Shown here: in pieces, positions 35,871-49,312 of the stretch | Layout: each line of letters starts with the position of its first letter | How positions within the stretch are numbered: the first letter of the stretch is position 1 | Program-made: the position numbers and the translations under genes | NCBI GenBank assembly: GCA_051294375.1 | Contig: JBJCIZ010000028.1 | Location: 1,749,479 to 1,813,478, forward strand | Source: Paraspadella gotoi | Lineage: Eukaryota > Animalia > Chaetognatha | Direction of reading: 5' to 3' | DNA length: 64,000 bases | Notes under the pieces: generated by a model | What the model saw: only the letters and a program-made list of their open reading frames with translations | Told to the model about the DNA's origin: nothing | The model's database searches: none

Positions 35871-38399
35871 TAATGGCTGTAATCCCGCTATTTTAGACAA
35901 TGATTTTGAAATTCGAATAACTATCATTTATTTTCACCCCACTGATAAATATAGGACGTTCTACAGTTATAAAAACGGTTGGCTATAGTTATCTTTTCCT
36001 TATAACATCGAGCACACTAGGTGAATTTCTATGCCTTCAAAATACAGTAAGACATGATTTCTTCAATCAAATCTCGTTATCTGAAAGAAGTACATGCGAT
36101 TTTTCATGGTAAGCCCAACTTTTAAAGATAAAATTGCTCATAGGAATTTAGTCGTCAATCAGATTCACAGAACTCTTCAGGATAAAGATGACACTTAATC
36201 GTTTTCTTTTTTCCTCTCCCTTTTTCTTTTTCCTTCTCTTTCTCCCTCTCTGTCACTCTCTCTGTCACTCTCTCTTTCCTTCCTTCAATCCTTCTCTCAT
36301 CCCTTTCCTCTTTCTACCTCTCTGTCACTCTTTCTTTCCCTCCTTCTCTCATCCCTTTCCTCTCTCTTCCTCTCTTTTGCCTTTTTTACCTTATTATTTT
36401 TTTCTCCCTTTTTATCTCTGCTTTTCTTCTTCTCTCTTCATCTTTTCTTTTCTTTCCTTCTCTCTTGTTCTCAACCTCCTCTTAATCTTTTTTTCTACTT
36501 TCAAATCCAATCCCTCTCCCTCTACCTGCTCCTCTTTTTTTCACACTCTCTCTTGCTCCACTTCTCTTTTTCTCTTGTTGTCTTATTTTCTGACATGACC
36601 AAATGAAAAAATTTTGAATGAACTGTAGTAAAAAAAATTTTGGGTAGCGCAAGATTTTATTTCAATTTTGGTTGCCTAGCAGATTTAGTAAATCGACAGA
36701 TTTTGCGGAAAATATTTTCCGCAAAATCTGTCGATTCTCAGAAAAAACAAGTCCTGACGCTTTCCATTGGGTTAAAAGGATGCGGTTTTTTTTGATTAAT
36801 CAACGTCAGTATGTACTTCATCTTTTAAAACTAATAAATGAGTTGAAAATATTCTTTTTATCAAAAATAAATGCAAGTCACAAAAAGTCACAAATTAAAA
36901 AACGTCTTTAAAAATTATTTGTGGCTAAACTAAAAAAGTTTTTTTGATAATTTTATAGGTGCTAAAAGCTTATTCAATTGCCTATATTTTCTGTTAATTT
37001 AAACCAATTTGAACAATTTTCGTTTAACAAATTATGATAAAAACAGAAAATGAAACTTTTTGACTTGTCAACTTTAAAATTAATTCATAGGCAAACTATA
37101 AATGATTTAAGGAAACAAAGTTAACCCAGAGGTAAAGAAGATAAGGAAGAACGGATTTCCAAAGTAAAAAATTTTTCTCAACTTTCCTTGCCATTCAAAT
37201 CAAAAGACGAAAGTGAAAATGGACAAAAAAGGACATGATTTTTTTTCCTAAAAGTTGCCAAAATGGTACTCTTTTATGATTAGAAACAGGTGGAGATGAT
37301 TTTAACCAATCCTTAGTTTGGCCCAATTTGTATTGTGGTACAAATTAAATTAATATTGTAAGTAACAACTGAACAATATTGGAAAAAGTTGTTTTTTTGC
37401 TAAATTCGCCGTTTGTAAGCGGAACCTAATATAAAAAGAAAAAGAAGCATAATTACTTAGTGAAACAGTTTTTTTGTTTTTTTTCATTTAAACTCATTTC
37501 CACTCAACTGAAAAATTTAAAATGCTAATGAATACATGTTGAATTAATCTATCATGAGCATAGATCTATTAGTATGAAAATATTTTTTTGCTCAAAATCT
37601 AATTTTTTTTGGAGGGTACTAGCCCTAATTAACAATTATTTATATTCACTATATCAAAGCAAAAAAATTTTGTTTTGAAATCTTAAAATTTTTTAATGGA
37701 TTCCTGTATTAGAAGCATAAAAAGTATAAACAAGAAATATTAATTACAGCTTTTAAAAATTCTTACGTATATTCTGAGTAAAAACTTTTAAAAAACTGCA
37801 TAAAATCACCTCAAAAGAGAATGGACCGATTGTTTTATAGGTTTTCTTTATTTTTGACCCTACTTATTCATAAAAAACAGACAACTTGTTTATGCAGGCT
37901 ATCTGAATCTGATCTTAAAATTAAAATATTAAAAAAAAAATTTTTGTGACCTTTTCTATCTATAAAATAAAATATTTCAAAAATAATTACTTAGGGTATA
38001 GGGAGCCATATAAAAAAAAAATTGCTTGTCCATTTTGAAAGGCTATACTTAAAAATGTATAAATTTTCGTTGAGCTTGTACTCACTCCTAAATGTCTTTG
38101 ACTCACCCCATTTGAGTTACCGGCTACCGGCAGCTTTTTTTCAAAAGAAGCCCCTTTGCTGCAGCTCCTTGACAGCAGCGGACTCAAATTACACGCACAA
38201 AATTGATCTTTTGCTACTTTCATCGTCGTTTTATGCGTCACTCCTTTTGTCGTCGCTTCACCGTTGGCAAACTGTTTCCTCCACGTTCAAATACGATCGC
38301 GTTTTTGTCAATCCCTATTCCTGACGGAAGAAGCCTTTAATTCTTTCTCTCGCCTGCACGTCACCCAGCATGCCAGAATTTTATTGTTGGAACAGTGAG

Positions 38400-38610
38400 C
38401 GTCGAAAAAAATGACCGCTAATCCCTTACCCTAATCCCAACCCTAATCCCTAGCCCTAACCCTAATCCCTAACCCTAATTCCCAAAACCCTAAATTTTCC
38501 CCTAATATCTATCCTCTAAACTAACCTTATCCCTAACTGAAAGCCCTAAAAATTAATCCATCGTTCAAATTATCATTTTAAAATTATCTTCAAATTTATC
38601 GTCGGTCGTA
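38400..38610. repeat. Degenerate (CCCTAA)-like block
   Basis: CCCTAATCCCAACCCTAATCCCTAGCCCTAACCCTAA. Confidence 0.75.
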
Positions 38611-38779
38611 TTTGTCAATCCTGCTACGTCATACAGCACATAATTCGCTGCTCCGTCATACCCGGCAAACGGGCATCGGATGTTTGAAAAAGGCCAAAAA
38701 TGTGAAAAAAATGACCAGAACAGGCCAGAGAACATAGTCTGCCTGATCCAGCAAAAATACGTCTCAAGTAACCGAGTTG

Positions 38780-39220
38780 TTTAGTCGGATCTGCTCATAG
38801 CAGATCCCGACTCTATAATTCACTTTGTCGTCCATCCGTCCGCCCCCTCAATATTGTCGGGGCACTAATTATATCATGTCAGAACATCGAATTATGATAA
38901 ATTATTGCCAAAAAAAACGATGTCCGTCCGCTCCCGTCTCCGTCCCACCTTAGCTAAAAACACCAATTACTCGTGATTGGATGGATGGATTGGAATGAAA
39001 TATTGTGTGTGGCGTAGGGGAAGTGTGTTGATTGAGCTGGATATGAAGTTTCGATGGAATCGTGCGAGTGGAAATGAGTTTAAATGGAAAAAACAAAAAT
39101 ATAATTTCACTATTGAACACCAATTGCCATGAGTGATGGGGCGATTGACTTGGAATTTTGCTATGCTGGGTAGGAAAGTGTGTGAGTTGAACAGGAAATC
39201 AAGTTTCCGATTGAATCGTT
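38780..39220 (-). mobile_element. HINE/DINE-1-like element end
   Basis: Terminal hairpin GTCGGATCTGC-TCATA-GCAGATCCCGAC. Confidence 0.8.
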
Positions 39221-39320
39221 NNNNNNNNNNNNNNNNNNNNNNNNNNNNNNNNNNNNNNNNNNNNNNNNNNNNNNNNNNNNNNNNNNNNNNNNNNNNNNNN
39301 NNNNNNNNNNNNNNNNNNNN

Positions 39321-41155
39321 CACTCGATTCTGGCTGGGCCCATGTTCGAGTTTCCTCAGGCGTGTCCGTTTCACGCGGAATGAGGGCGGCGGAACAGTCA
39401 GTCGGCTTGAACGGAACCGTTATCGCTCCCCAGTGCGAAAACGGTTGCCACGAGCTTGTGAGGAAGCCTCTGCGACGTGTCTCGGCGATGCTACGCTGCG
39501 TGACGAGGTCGTGTTACGTGCGCTCCGCGCACGCGGGTCGAATTTTCCTATAGATCGTTGTTTTGACCAAGTGCCTAGGGCCGCTTTCGGAGTGCTCCTC
39601 CGGGTGTCATCAAGTGACAGCACACCTGTGTTCCGTCGAACTTCTGCACGGGCCCAATCGCGTCCTCCTTCACACATGTCGACCAGGTCCGCTGCCATAG
39701 GCTGGCGCGCCCTCACCGGGTCGACGTTAGACGCGTGCCTGCTCGTTCTCGGAGCTGGGAGCAGTGCTTTAGTTCATGCGTCTGTTAACTGTTCTCCCTA
39801 TGCGAAACCGCAGGTCTCTCACTCATGGGTTTGTGTAGATGCCGTAGGGGTAGTAGAAAATCTGCGCGGCTTTTTCCGTCGCTTTTCGTGCGGCGGTCCA
39901 TGCTTGATCGTGCGCGTTACCACGTGGGCGGAGTGCCGGTCGCTGTTCGCCGCGTCGTTTCCCCGTCCAGCGCCGCCGGAAAAGCCCGGACGGCGTGGGG
40001 CAGGCAGGGCTGGCCAGGACGGAGTAACCTGGAGGCGGGCCTCGTTGGGCGTTTTGCCGGCGCTGGCGGTCCTTGGGTAACTCTCGAGCGCGGTTGAAGC
40101 GCGATTTCAAAGTTTGCGACTTACGGACGCCGTTCTTGTTTTGGCCACATCGCGGCTCTGTTCTATCTCTCTTGTGTGGAGTTGTTCGAATTTCCGCTCG
40201 AAGAGGGCGGCTATGTTCCTTTGCGGAGTCGTTTTACCAGCCAGAGCGTGTCGCGCGTGGCCTTTGGCGTTCGTTTCCCAGGTGAAAGCCGGATTTCCTC
40301 TCCGTTCAGGATCCTTATTGATGGCTCTCAGACAGTCCGATTACGCGGTTTTTCGTTGTTCGAGAGGGGTCCATCGTCGACTGTAGGCGGGACGTGGCGT
40401 GCCGGCCGGCCGGCTACTTTCGATTCGCTCGGCGCCTCTCTCCAATGTGGAACCTATCCAGTTCTTATTACTGCTACTTCGTCCACCGTTTCCGCGCCGG
40501 GTTTTTGGCGGAAGGTGCGTCCGAGATCAACAGGACCCGTTGGCCTGTTCCAGTCGCTCGGCGGGATGTCTCTCTCTCGGTAGTCCTTGTTTGTCCTGTC
40601 GTCATTCTTGCTTATAGTGAACGGTTAATGTAGGCGCAATTTTTCGGATTTGAGTTGACCGCGTTACCGTTTTTATTCTTCTTTTTGATGTCGAAAAGTT
40701 TTATTTTCTTCAAAAAGGGAGAAAGCAATTTGACTTCTCCGTAACGGGTAGCGTTTGCTGAATTTGTCGGACGGCGGTTGGGGCTGGAACGGTCTTGTCT
40801 GCCACCACAATAACGTGGAAGACAAACATGGTCGAAATAACAGAGTATTTATTATACACAACTAAGAAGGCAAAAAAAGAAACGAGACCCATGAACGTTA
40901 GGACGATGGACGAGACAGAGATTGAATATCGTACAATCTTCTCGATCTCAGAACTCAAGTCACTGTTCCCGTCTCATCTGGCCTTCCGCCACAACTCTCC
41001 AAACCGTCTTATTCGTTTGTGTGAGCCCATGGGCTATCTCTGTATCTCCTCCCTCTCATCCTGCCTGCTCTCTCTGCCGCTCTTCCTGACCTGCTCGTTC
41101 CAGTCGCTCTCGCGGCTCCCCGGCAGATCGTTCAGTGCCTCTCGTTGACTGCCTG
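39321..41155. other. GC-rich unique island, probably error-ridden coding sequence of unknown origin
   Basis: Abrupt compositional shift beside a gap; many overlapping short ORFs, none recognised. Confidence 0.4.
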
Positions 41156-41189
41156 TTATGAATTTTTTTTTGAAAACGGGCTTAATTAT

Positions 41190-42447
41190 TTTTTATTAAC
41201 ATATTACAAAGGCAGCAAAAAAACATTGTTTCCATCGCTTGCAAATCTTTTCATTACTCCACACCTTACTGTTCAATCACACACGTTTTCTACTCACATT
41301 ACAAATTCCAGGTCAATCGATAATTAGTGGTAATAAGCTAACTTGGTCACTTGCATAAATTAATCAACTTGCATAAATTTTGTCATAACTGACATAATTT
41401 TGTCTCGACATACATATGGTCAACTGACATAATTTGGTCAACTGACATAATTTGATCAATTAGAGATAATTTGGTCAAACCAGCATAATTTGGTCAACTG
41501 GCATAATTTTTATCAACTGGCCTAATTTGGTCAACTGGCATAATTTGGTCAACAGGCATAATTTGGTCAACTTGCAGAACTTGATCAACTTGCAGAATTT
41601 TGTCAACTGGCATAATTTTGGTCAACTTTAAGAATTTGGTCAACTGGCATATTTTTTTCATTTGCATAATATGGTCAATCATCAATCAATCAATTCAATC
41701 AATCAATCAATCAAATCCATCAATCTATCAATCTATCAATCAATCAGAGAGAGATGAGTAGAGAGAGAAACTTTAAAAAATTCAAATAAATGTGTCTTTT
41801 GGTTTTCTAATTTGGAACTCTTTTCCACTCCTACAGATTCCATCTAAAAATTTATATCCAGCTTTATCACATACTTTCCTACCCACACACAAAATTCTCA
41901 ATTTCGATTTATCTATCCATTTTTTAATAAACATAATAATTATGAGTAAATTTAAGTAAAAATCTTCAAGTAAATATACTTTTGTTTTTTTCCATTTAAA
42001 CTCATTTTCACCGCACGATTCCATCGAAACTTATATCCAGCTCAATCACACACTTTCCTACCATTCATACAAAATTTCAAGTCAATTGCCCTATCCACTC
42101 ATGAGCAATTGGCGTTCAAATAGTGAAATTATTTTTTTTGTTTTTTCCATTTAAACCAATTTCCACTCGCACGATCCCTCGAACTTCATATCCATCTCAT
42201 ACACACAGTTCCTACCCACACACAAAATTTCATACCAAGTCCATCCACTCCAAATCACGAGTAAGTTGGAGTTTTTTGCTAAGGGTGACGGACGACGGAC
42301 GGGCACGGACATCGTTTTTTTTGCATAATTAATCATAATTCGATGGTTCTGACATGATATAAGTGTGTGTGCCCCGACATATATTGAGGGGGCGGACCGA
42401 CGGCCCGACAAAGTGAATTATAGAGTCGGGATCTGCTGATCCCGACA
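41190..42447 (+). mobile_element. HINE/DINE-1-like element portion with internal 18-bp minisatellite (TTGGTCAACTGGCATAAT)n at 41340-41680
   Basis: Ends ..GTGAATTATAGAGTCGGGATCTGC; the same minisatellite context occurs at 60740-60800. Confidence 0.75.
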
Positions 42448-42454
42448 GAGACAG

Positions 42455-43200
42455 ATTAAAATTAGCAATCAAAAAAAGTTGTTATTTTACTCACTGAATA
42501 AAAAATACTTAAAATACTTACCAAAATACATAAAATTGATAAAATTATTATTCCGAGTAACATAGTTTAATCACATGCAATATATCTAGTAAGGCGGTGT
42601 CAATATTGAATACTTTTTTTAACTTCTAGTTCTCTTTAAAATTTTTTTTTTCCTTTACTTACTAAATCGATTTTCAATGTAACTTTTTGAATTAGTTCAT
42701 TGGGTGTGTTGCACTGAAGCTTTTAAATATTATTAATAATAATAATTATATAAGGTTGACGGAATTGTTGCCAGTGGAATATGAGTTTAGATGGAAAAAA
42801 CATAAGTCACATTTACTTGAATCTTTATATTAATGATTACTAATAAATGTTTGTAATTAATTAATTAATTAATTAATATGAAAAAATGATGCAAGTTAAA
42901 AGAATCTTAAAAGCATTAAGATTGTCGCAATTGAATAAAAAGAGAGAGAGAGAGTGAGAGAGTGAGAGAGAGAGAGAAAAAGACATAAAATAAAATAGAG
43001 GATATTTGTTTGTTTTGATAAAATGTAAACAAAACAAATTTATTAACTGTCCTAACCCAATTTTAAGGACATCGATGATGATAAGTTGAATATAAATTTA
43101 AAATGAATTATTACATATTAAAATTAATTAATTAATTAATCGATTAATTAATTATTTAATTAATTATCGTAGGCAGATCCGACATTGTTTGCTCAAACTT
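42455..43200 (-). mobile_element. HINE/DINE-1-like element, inverted copy
   Basis: Ends TCGTAGGCAGATCCGACATTGTTTGCTCAAACTT; reverse complement of much of 43556-44580. Confidence 0.85.
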
Positions 43201-43555
43201 ATTTTTTGATAATTTATCATAATTTAATGTTCTGACATGAAATAAATTAATGCCCGACAAGATTGAGGGGGCGGACCGACGGACCGACAAAGTGAATTAT
43301 AGAGTGAGATGATATTTAAAAGGAAACCGATTTATTAGTTGATGATATTTAAAAAATGATGATAGTTAAAAGTAAAAAACCGATGATAGTTATTTGAAAA
43401 AATGATATTCAAAAGGAAACCGATTTAGGAGGTAATGATATTTAAAAAATGATGATATTTAAAAGTAAAAGACGGATGATAGTTATTTGGAGAAATGATA
43501 TTTAAAAAAAGAGATGATAATTAAAAGGAAACCGATTTATTAGTTGATGATATTT

Positions 43556-44801
43556 AAACAAGTTTGAGCAAACAATGTCGGATCTGCCTACGATAATTAA
43601 TTAATTAATTAATTAATTAATCGATTAATAAATAAATTAATTTTAATATGTAATAATTAATTTTAAATTTATATTCAACTTATCATCATCGATGTCCTTA
43701 AAATTGGGTTAGGACAGTTATTAAATATGTTTTGTTTACATTTTATCAAAACAAACAAATATCCTGTTCTTTATTTTATGTCTCCTTGTCTCTCTCGCTC
43801 TCTCTCTCTCTCTTTCTTTCTATCTTTTTATGCAATTGCGACGATCTTTATGCTTTTAAGATTTTTTTAACTTGCATCATTTTTTCACATTAATTAATTA
43901 ATTAATTAATTTTTTTTCCTTTTACTACTAAATCGATTTTCAATGTAACTTTTTGATTTAGTTCATTGTGTAGTTGCACTGAAGCTTTTAAATATTTATT
44001 AATATATAATAATTATATAAAGTTTTGACGGAATTGTGCCAGTGGAAATGAGTTTAGATGGAAAAAACATAAGTCACATTTACTTGAATCTTTAATATTA
44101 ATGATTACTAATAAATGTTTTAATTAAAAAAATAGAATTCAGCCAATAATGATGATGATGATAATTTTTTATGGTTTTTTCTATTTTTAACCAATTTATT
44201 GTCAAAATCTAGAAAAAAAAAATTAAAATATATAACTTTCATTTAACTTTTTAAGCTCTACAAGAACGTTCTTAAAAAAATCAAATTTTAAATTTTTTTT
44301 TGTCATTTGTTATATATTAATAAATATTTAAAAGCTTCGAGTGCACAACCAAATGAACTAATTCAAAAAGTTACATTGAAAATCTATTTAGTAGTAAAAG
44401 GGAAAAAAATTTTTTTTGAGAGAACTAGAAGTTATAAAAAGTGTTCAATTTTGGCTCGCCTTACTAGATATATTGCATGTGATTAAACAATGTTATCGGA
44501 ATAATAATTTTATCATTTTATGTATTTTGTAAGTATTTTAAGTACTTTTATTCAGTGAGTAAAATAACTTTTTATTCGCTAATTTTTTATCTCGGACTCT
44601 CTCTCTTTTCTCTCTCTCTTCTCTGTGCAATTGCAACGATACCTTATGCTCATTTTTCTGGTCTCTCTCTCTCTCTCTCCTCTCTCTTTGCAATTGCAAC
44701 GATCCTTTGCTCATTTTTCTGCTCTCTTTCTCTCTCTCTCTCTCTCGCTCTTCTCCTCTCTCTTTGCACTGCGACGATCCTTATGCTTCATTTTTCTGCA
44801 C

Positions 44802-44837
<36 letters not shown>

Positions 44838-45320
44838 ATTAAATAATAAAGAATTCAAGTAAATATGACTTTTGTTTTTTCCCTTTTAACTCATTTCCAC
44901 TTGCACGATTCCATCGAAACTTAATATCACAGCTCAATCACACACTTTCCTACCATCATAACATTTCAAGTCAATTGCCTATCCACTCATGAGCAAGTTG
45001 GCGTTCCAAATACGTGAATATATTTTTTTTTCCCATTTAAACCAATTTCCACTCGCACGATTCCTTCGAAACTCATAACCATCTCAATCACAAGTTTCCT
45101 ACCACACACCAAAATTTCATACCAATCCATCCAATTGGAGTTTTTTGCTAAGGTGGACGGACGGACGGACGGACATGCAATTTTTTTTGCATAATTTATC
45201 ATAATTCGATTGTTCTGACATGATATAAGTTAGTGCCCCGACAATATTGGAGGGGGCGGATCGCACGGACGACAAAGTGAATTATAGGTCGGGATCTGCT
45301 GATAAGCAGATCCAACTAAA
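43556..45320 (+). mobile_element. Full-length Helentron-associated non-autonomous element (HINE/DINE-1-like)
   Basis: Short hairpin GTTTG-AG-CAAAC plus subTIR GTCGGATCTGC at one end; GGATCTGC-TGATAA-GCAGATCC hairpin/subTIR at the other; internal (GGAC)n; A-rich boundaries, no TSD. Confidence 0.82.
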
Positions 45321-48300
45321 AATGATTTCATGACAAGAACGGCCATATAATGAGAAGAAAAATTCAATGATATTTAAAAAGAAAAACATGATAGTTATTT
45401 TAGAAACTCTGAAAATGATTTAATCATTTATATTTAAAAAGAAAAAATGATATTTATTTGGAAACCCTGAAATAGACTCTCTCGATTTTCTCCGACTGAT
45501 ATTTAAAAGCTGATATCTAAAAGACCGTTTCCTTTTATTCAAGTTATCCTTCAGCGGCCAAAAACCAAAGCCAGGAGAAAGATAGCTTTATTTATTAAAT
45601 TAATTGTGTTGATGTGTGGTAACTATCAAATTTTTGATATGAAATAATACTACGCATTAAATCAATAGAATAATTTTTTTATGGGGTTGTACCAATTTTC
45701 AAAGATGAAATTATTTGAGAATATTTATGATCGTTCATTATTACAAAGATTAAAGTTTGAGCAGTTGAATGATAAGAATTAAAAGTTAATAACATTTTGT
45801 TGAATGTTGATTCAGTTTTTTACACTGAGATCGTCGTTGATAATTTAGCGATGATTAACCGGTTTGGGAATCGAGAGGTAAGAGATAAAAACGGGAATGT
45901 GAGAGAGAAGAGAGAGAGTGAGAGGCCTTTTAGTCGCTAAAAGCTAAAGTGAGTTTAACTGGGACAAAATATAGCATTCAGTCCGACTTATTTTATTTGG
46001 AAATAAATCGCCCCTCGCCAGGATTCGATCCTTGATCCTGAACGCTGTTTGTCTGGTAATTACAGCCAGAGTGTTACCCAGACGATTTTCCTATTTAATA
46101 CTTTAAAAACCGATTCGAATTTTTGTTTATTTAGAATTAATTTGTTTTATAAAACCCTTTAATATTTGTGTTACAAGATTTTGTTTACCTTTATGAAATC
46201 TTTAACTGAATAATTTCAGTCTTGATATCTCAGCTCAGATAAATCAAGTATCTATGGGCAACAGCCGGGTTGCCTGTGATGCCCATTAGAGGATGGGGCA
46301 ATCTCACTGTTGGCTTTGGGGGCTTCCGACCCTTCAGTGACGCCTCCCAGTCACTGCGCGGTTACCTAGGACGGTCCTCGCTTTGCCAACGCAGAGGGTA
46401 GTCGTTAATGGCAACTGTGGATGGAACCTTAGCTGGGATGGTGTGTTCCCCTCTGAACCAATGGATTTGGCTGAAACGATGTGGTGGATGTGAGGCGTGG
46501 TGAATATACCGGGCCACAGGATCCCCGGGCCAAGAACATCACTCAGGTTCCCTCAAGCCTGAGCGGTGTCTGACAAGACTGTTTACCATAGGTGGGAGAG
46601 AGAGAGAGAGCGCGAGTCCGTGGGGCATAGGCGTTTTGTCGTAGCGCACCCTAGGGGCATAGGCCGTCGTTGTTCGTAGCGTACCCGAGTCCGGCAGGGG
46701 CATAGGCGTTGTCGTAGCAAAAACCTGTCGATTGAGGAGAGAAATTAATTTACTTCCTTCCCCTTTCAATAAAAGAAAGGTTTTTTTCAATTTTTCAAAC
46801 TTTAGTGTGTTTCTCTCATCTATTAAAACTATAAAATAAGTCAAAAATCGAGCTTTAGTGTTTAAAATAAAACGGCACCTCACAAATCCTCACAAATTAA
46901 AGAGTAGGCTTAAAAATTTTTTAGCAGCAAAAGTATTAAATTTTTTGCCCTAATTTTTTAGGTTACAGAAGCACCATTGATAGGGTGGGTGAATTTTGAT
47001 TGAATGTAACATTTTGAATAGACGAGAATCTCGCTTTAAAAAAAAAATTCAAAACATTTTTCTAATGAGAGAATTCCGTTCAAATCTGACTACCGAAATT
47101 TGCAAACGCGTTTGCCAGAAATTCGGTTAAAAAACACTTGTAAAAAACGCACGATTCCGAGAGCGTTTACATCTGAAGAGCTTGTCCTATTCGTTTTATC
47201 CACATTTGATGAAGGATTTTGATATCAAACAAGCCAGGGAAAATGCACTCCTCATCTTCAGAGAATTTTCAAATCTCATTTTTACTATAGAAATGAAAGG
47301 GAAAGTTTTACAAACTTAAAATTTCAAACGGGATTGCTATATGTTTCCTGTTACATGAGCGACTTCGAATTTCGCGATTCTGATAGCTTTGTGTCTGAAA
47401 GAGCTTTCTATTTTTCTTTTTGCATTTTATAATGATTTTTGACATAAAATGATCAGGTTTAAATGAAATAGTCCGGTTTGAATCGCGAAATTTTTTTTTA
47501 AAAAGAAATTAAAGTAAGGTTGAGAAAAAAAAACTGATTTTTCCTAATATCTTTTGAAAGAATAAAAGATAAAGGGGATGGCAATAGTACCAAAATGAAG
47601 CCATAATCTATAGGGCACATGCAAAATGACAATTTTAGAATTACTTATGCTGAACCTCCTTACAGGGTGAGTGGTCAAACTAAGTCAAAATTATAATGAA
47701 TTTTAAAACTAACAACACCCATAAGAATAAATGAAATTAAGTTCTTTTTAATGATTCTGAAAGAAAAAAGGCTAAATTGTGTACTCTAGTAAAAATTTAA
47801 AGTTTTTTGGATAAGAAAATGTGAATTTTTTGTCAATTATAAATATTTGCCTTGTCTGATTTTACAAGCATGTTTACAAATTCTACAAAAATATAATTCC
47901 GCCGCATGCACCACAGCCTAAGTATTTATCTTTTTTCCACCAGCAAAAATAAACCATTATTTTATGCTAGAGAACAGGATGTTTACTGAATGACGCGTAA
48001 GACATTCACTCTTCACTTTACTGTCATTTTTCAATAATAAAATAGGCGAATTTTTTAATTATTGTAACTGCTCAGCAGGCTTCACAAGACATATAGCTTT
48101 CATTATAATATCCCAAGTTAATGTAATCTTAGTATATTTTTTACCCCAGAAATGGATAAAATAACAGAAAGTTGTGGGATTCCCTGTCGCTCGTTTAAGA
48201 AAAAAAAATTAACTAGCGGAATTATCAAGTTTGGTAGAGGAAGTCAGAATCGGCGAAATCTTAAAAAAGAGGCGAGAATGTTGAAAAAAAGGGGTAGAAT

Positions 48301-48980
48301 TTTTGATGGTTCGTAAGATTTCTGCCAACAATGTGAGGTCCGATTAAGAGCGACTTGAGATTTACAATATTCCCGGTCATTCCAACTCTATCGATATAAA
48401 AATAATAAGAAAAAAGGTCACTGGTTTTTTCTGAAATAACGCTTCCTACTTTAAAGTATGAAATTTAATTTATTATTGGCATATTTTCTATCAATTAAAA
48501 ACCTTTATGATAAAATCTATGCGAAAATTGACTCAATATTAATATTAATGATTATTTTTTACTTTTTAGCATTTGGTGGAATTGTTTTTGTCATATTCAA
48601 AAAACCGAAAAATCAACAGAAAGATCATAAAATGAGGATTCTTTTGAAGTATAATATTACTTAATTATGCTCTTGGTTGATAATTAAATTTATTTTAAAA
48701 AAATATATATAGATGTAACAATATTTATACATAGCTTTGTCAATAGTAGTTATGTTGGTGAAGAAAAATTTAAAATTAGGTTAATTTTGAAGCTAGCAAT
48801 TTGTATGTTACAATTTCTATAGTTTTTTAATAATAAGAATTGGATTAAGTCCTTTCATAGTAGTATTACTAAATGGTTACTGATTTTTGGTAATAAATTG
48901 AGTTATTTTCGAATAATAACTTTAGAACAGAATAAATCGTAGGCTTATGAGAGTGAGTTAAATTAAGAGGCTCTCTTTTC

Positions 48981-49306
48981 AGTAAGCATCACAGACGAAT
49001 GAAACCCGGAAACAGAGGAAAGGATTAAGGAAGAGGATTCCGGAAGAGGAGAAGATTCTGGAATGATTTGAACGGGATTTTGGAAGCCAAATCCGAAAAG
49101 GAACAATAGTTCCGGAAGAGGAAAAGAAGGTTCCAGAAGAGGAAGAGGAGGATTCCGGAAGAGGAATCTGGCTTCGTCTACTTACCTTTAAATAGCCTCT
49201 GTTTCTGCTTTGATTCATTCTGTCCAAAATTGACACCGTCTTCTTGATAGTTATTCTACAAATAAATTCGACCTTGATTTCATATCAAAATCCCTGTCTA
49301 CTTACT
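48981..49306 (+). repeat. 5' LTR (326 bp) with AGTAAG...CTTACT termini
   Basis: Perfect 6-bp inverted ends, TATA-like TTTAAATA (~49187), AATAAA (49261), PBS 6 nt downstream. Confidence 0.7.
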
Positions 49307-49312
49307 TAAATG

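Noticed and set aside
37987-38372. Tc1/mariner transposase N-terminus on the minus strand
   Set aside because: Faint HTH-like resemblance with multiple stops; no DDE domain or TIRs seen
40710-40958. Rhodopsin-type GPCR TM1-TM2
   Set aside because: Only a vague VAD motif; no further helices follow
41340-41680. 18-bp repeats as CRISPR or a coding repeat
   Set aside because: No spacers; internal minisatellite of the HINE family
46010-46085. Minus-strand tRNA-Tyr-like gene
   Set aside because: B-box-like and anticodon-like stems only; no acceptor or D stem, likely decayed SINE
46360-46430. Twister or HDV-like ribozyme (TCCTCGC, GCAGAGGG..TAA)
   Set aside because: Required P1/P3 and pseudoknot pairings could not be built
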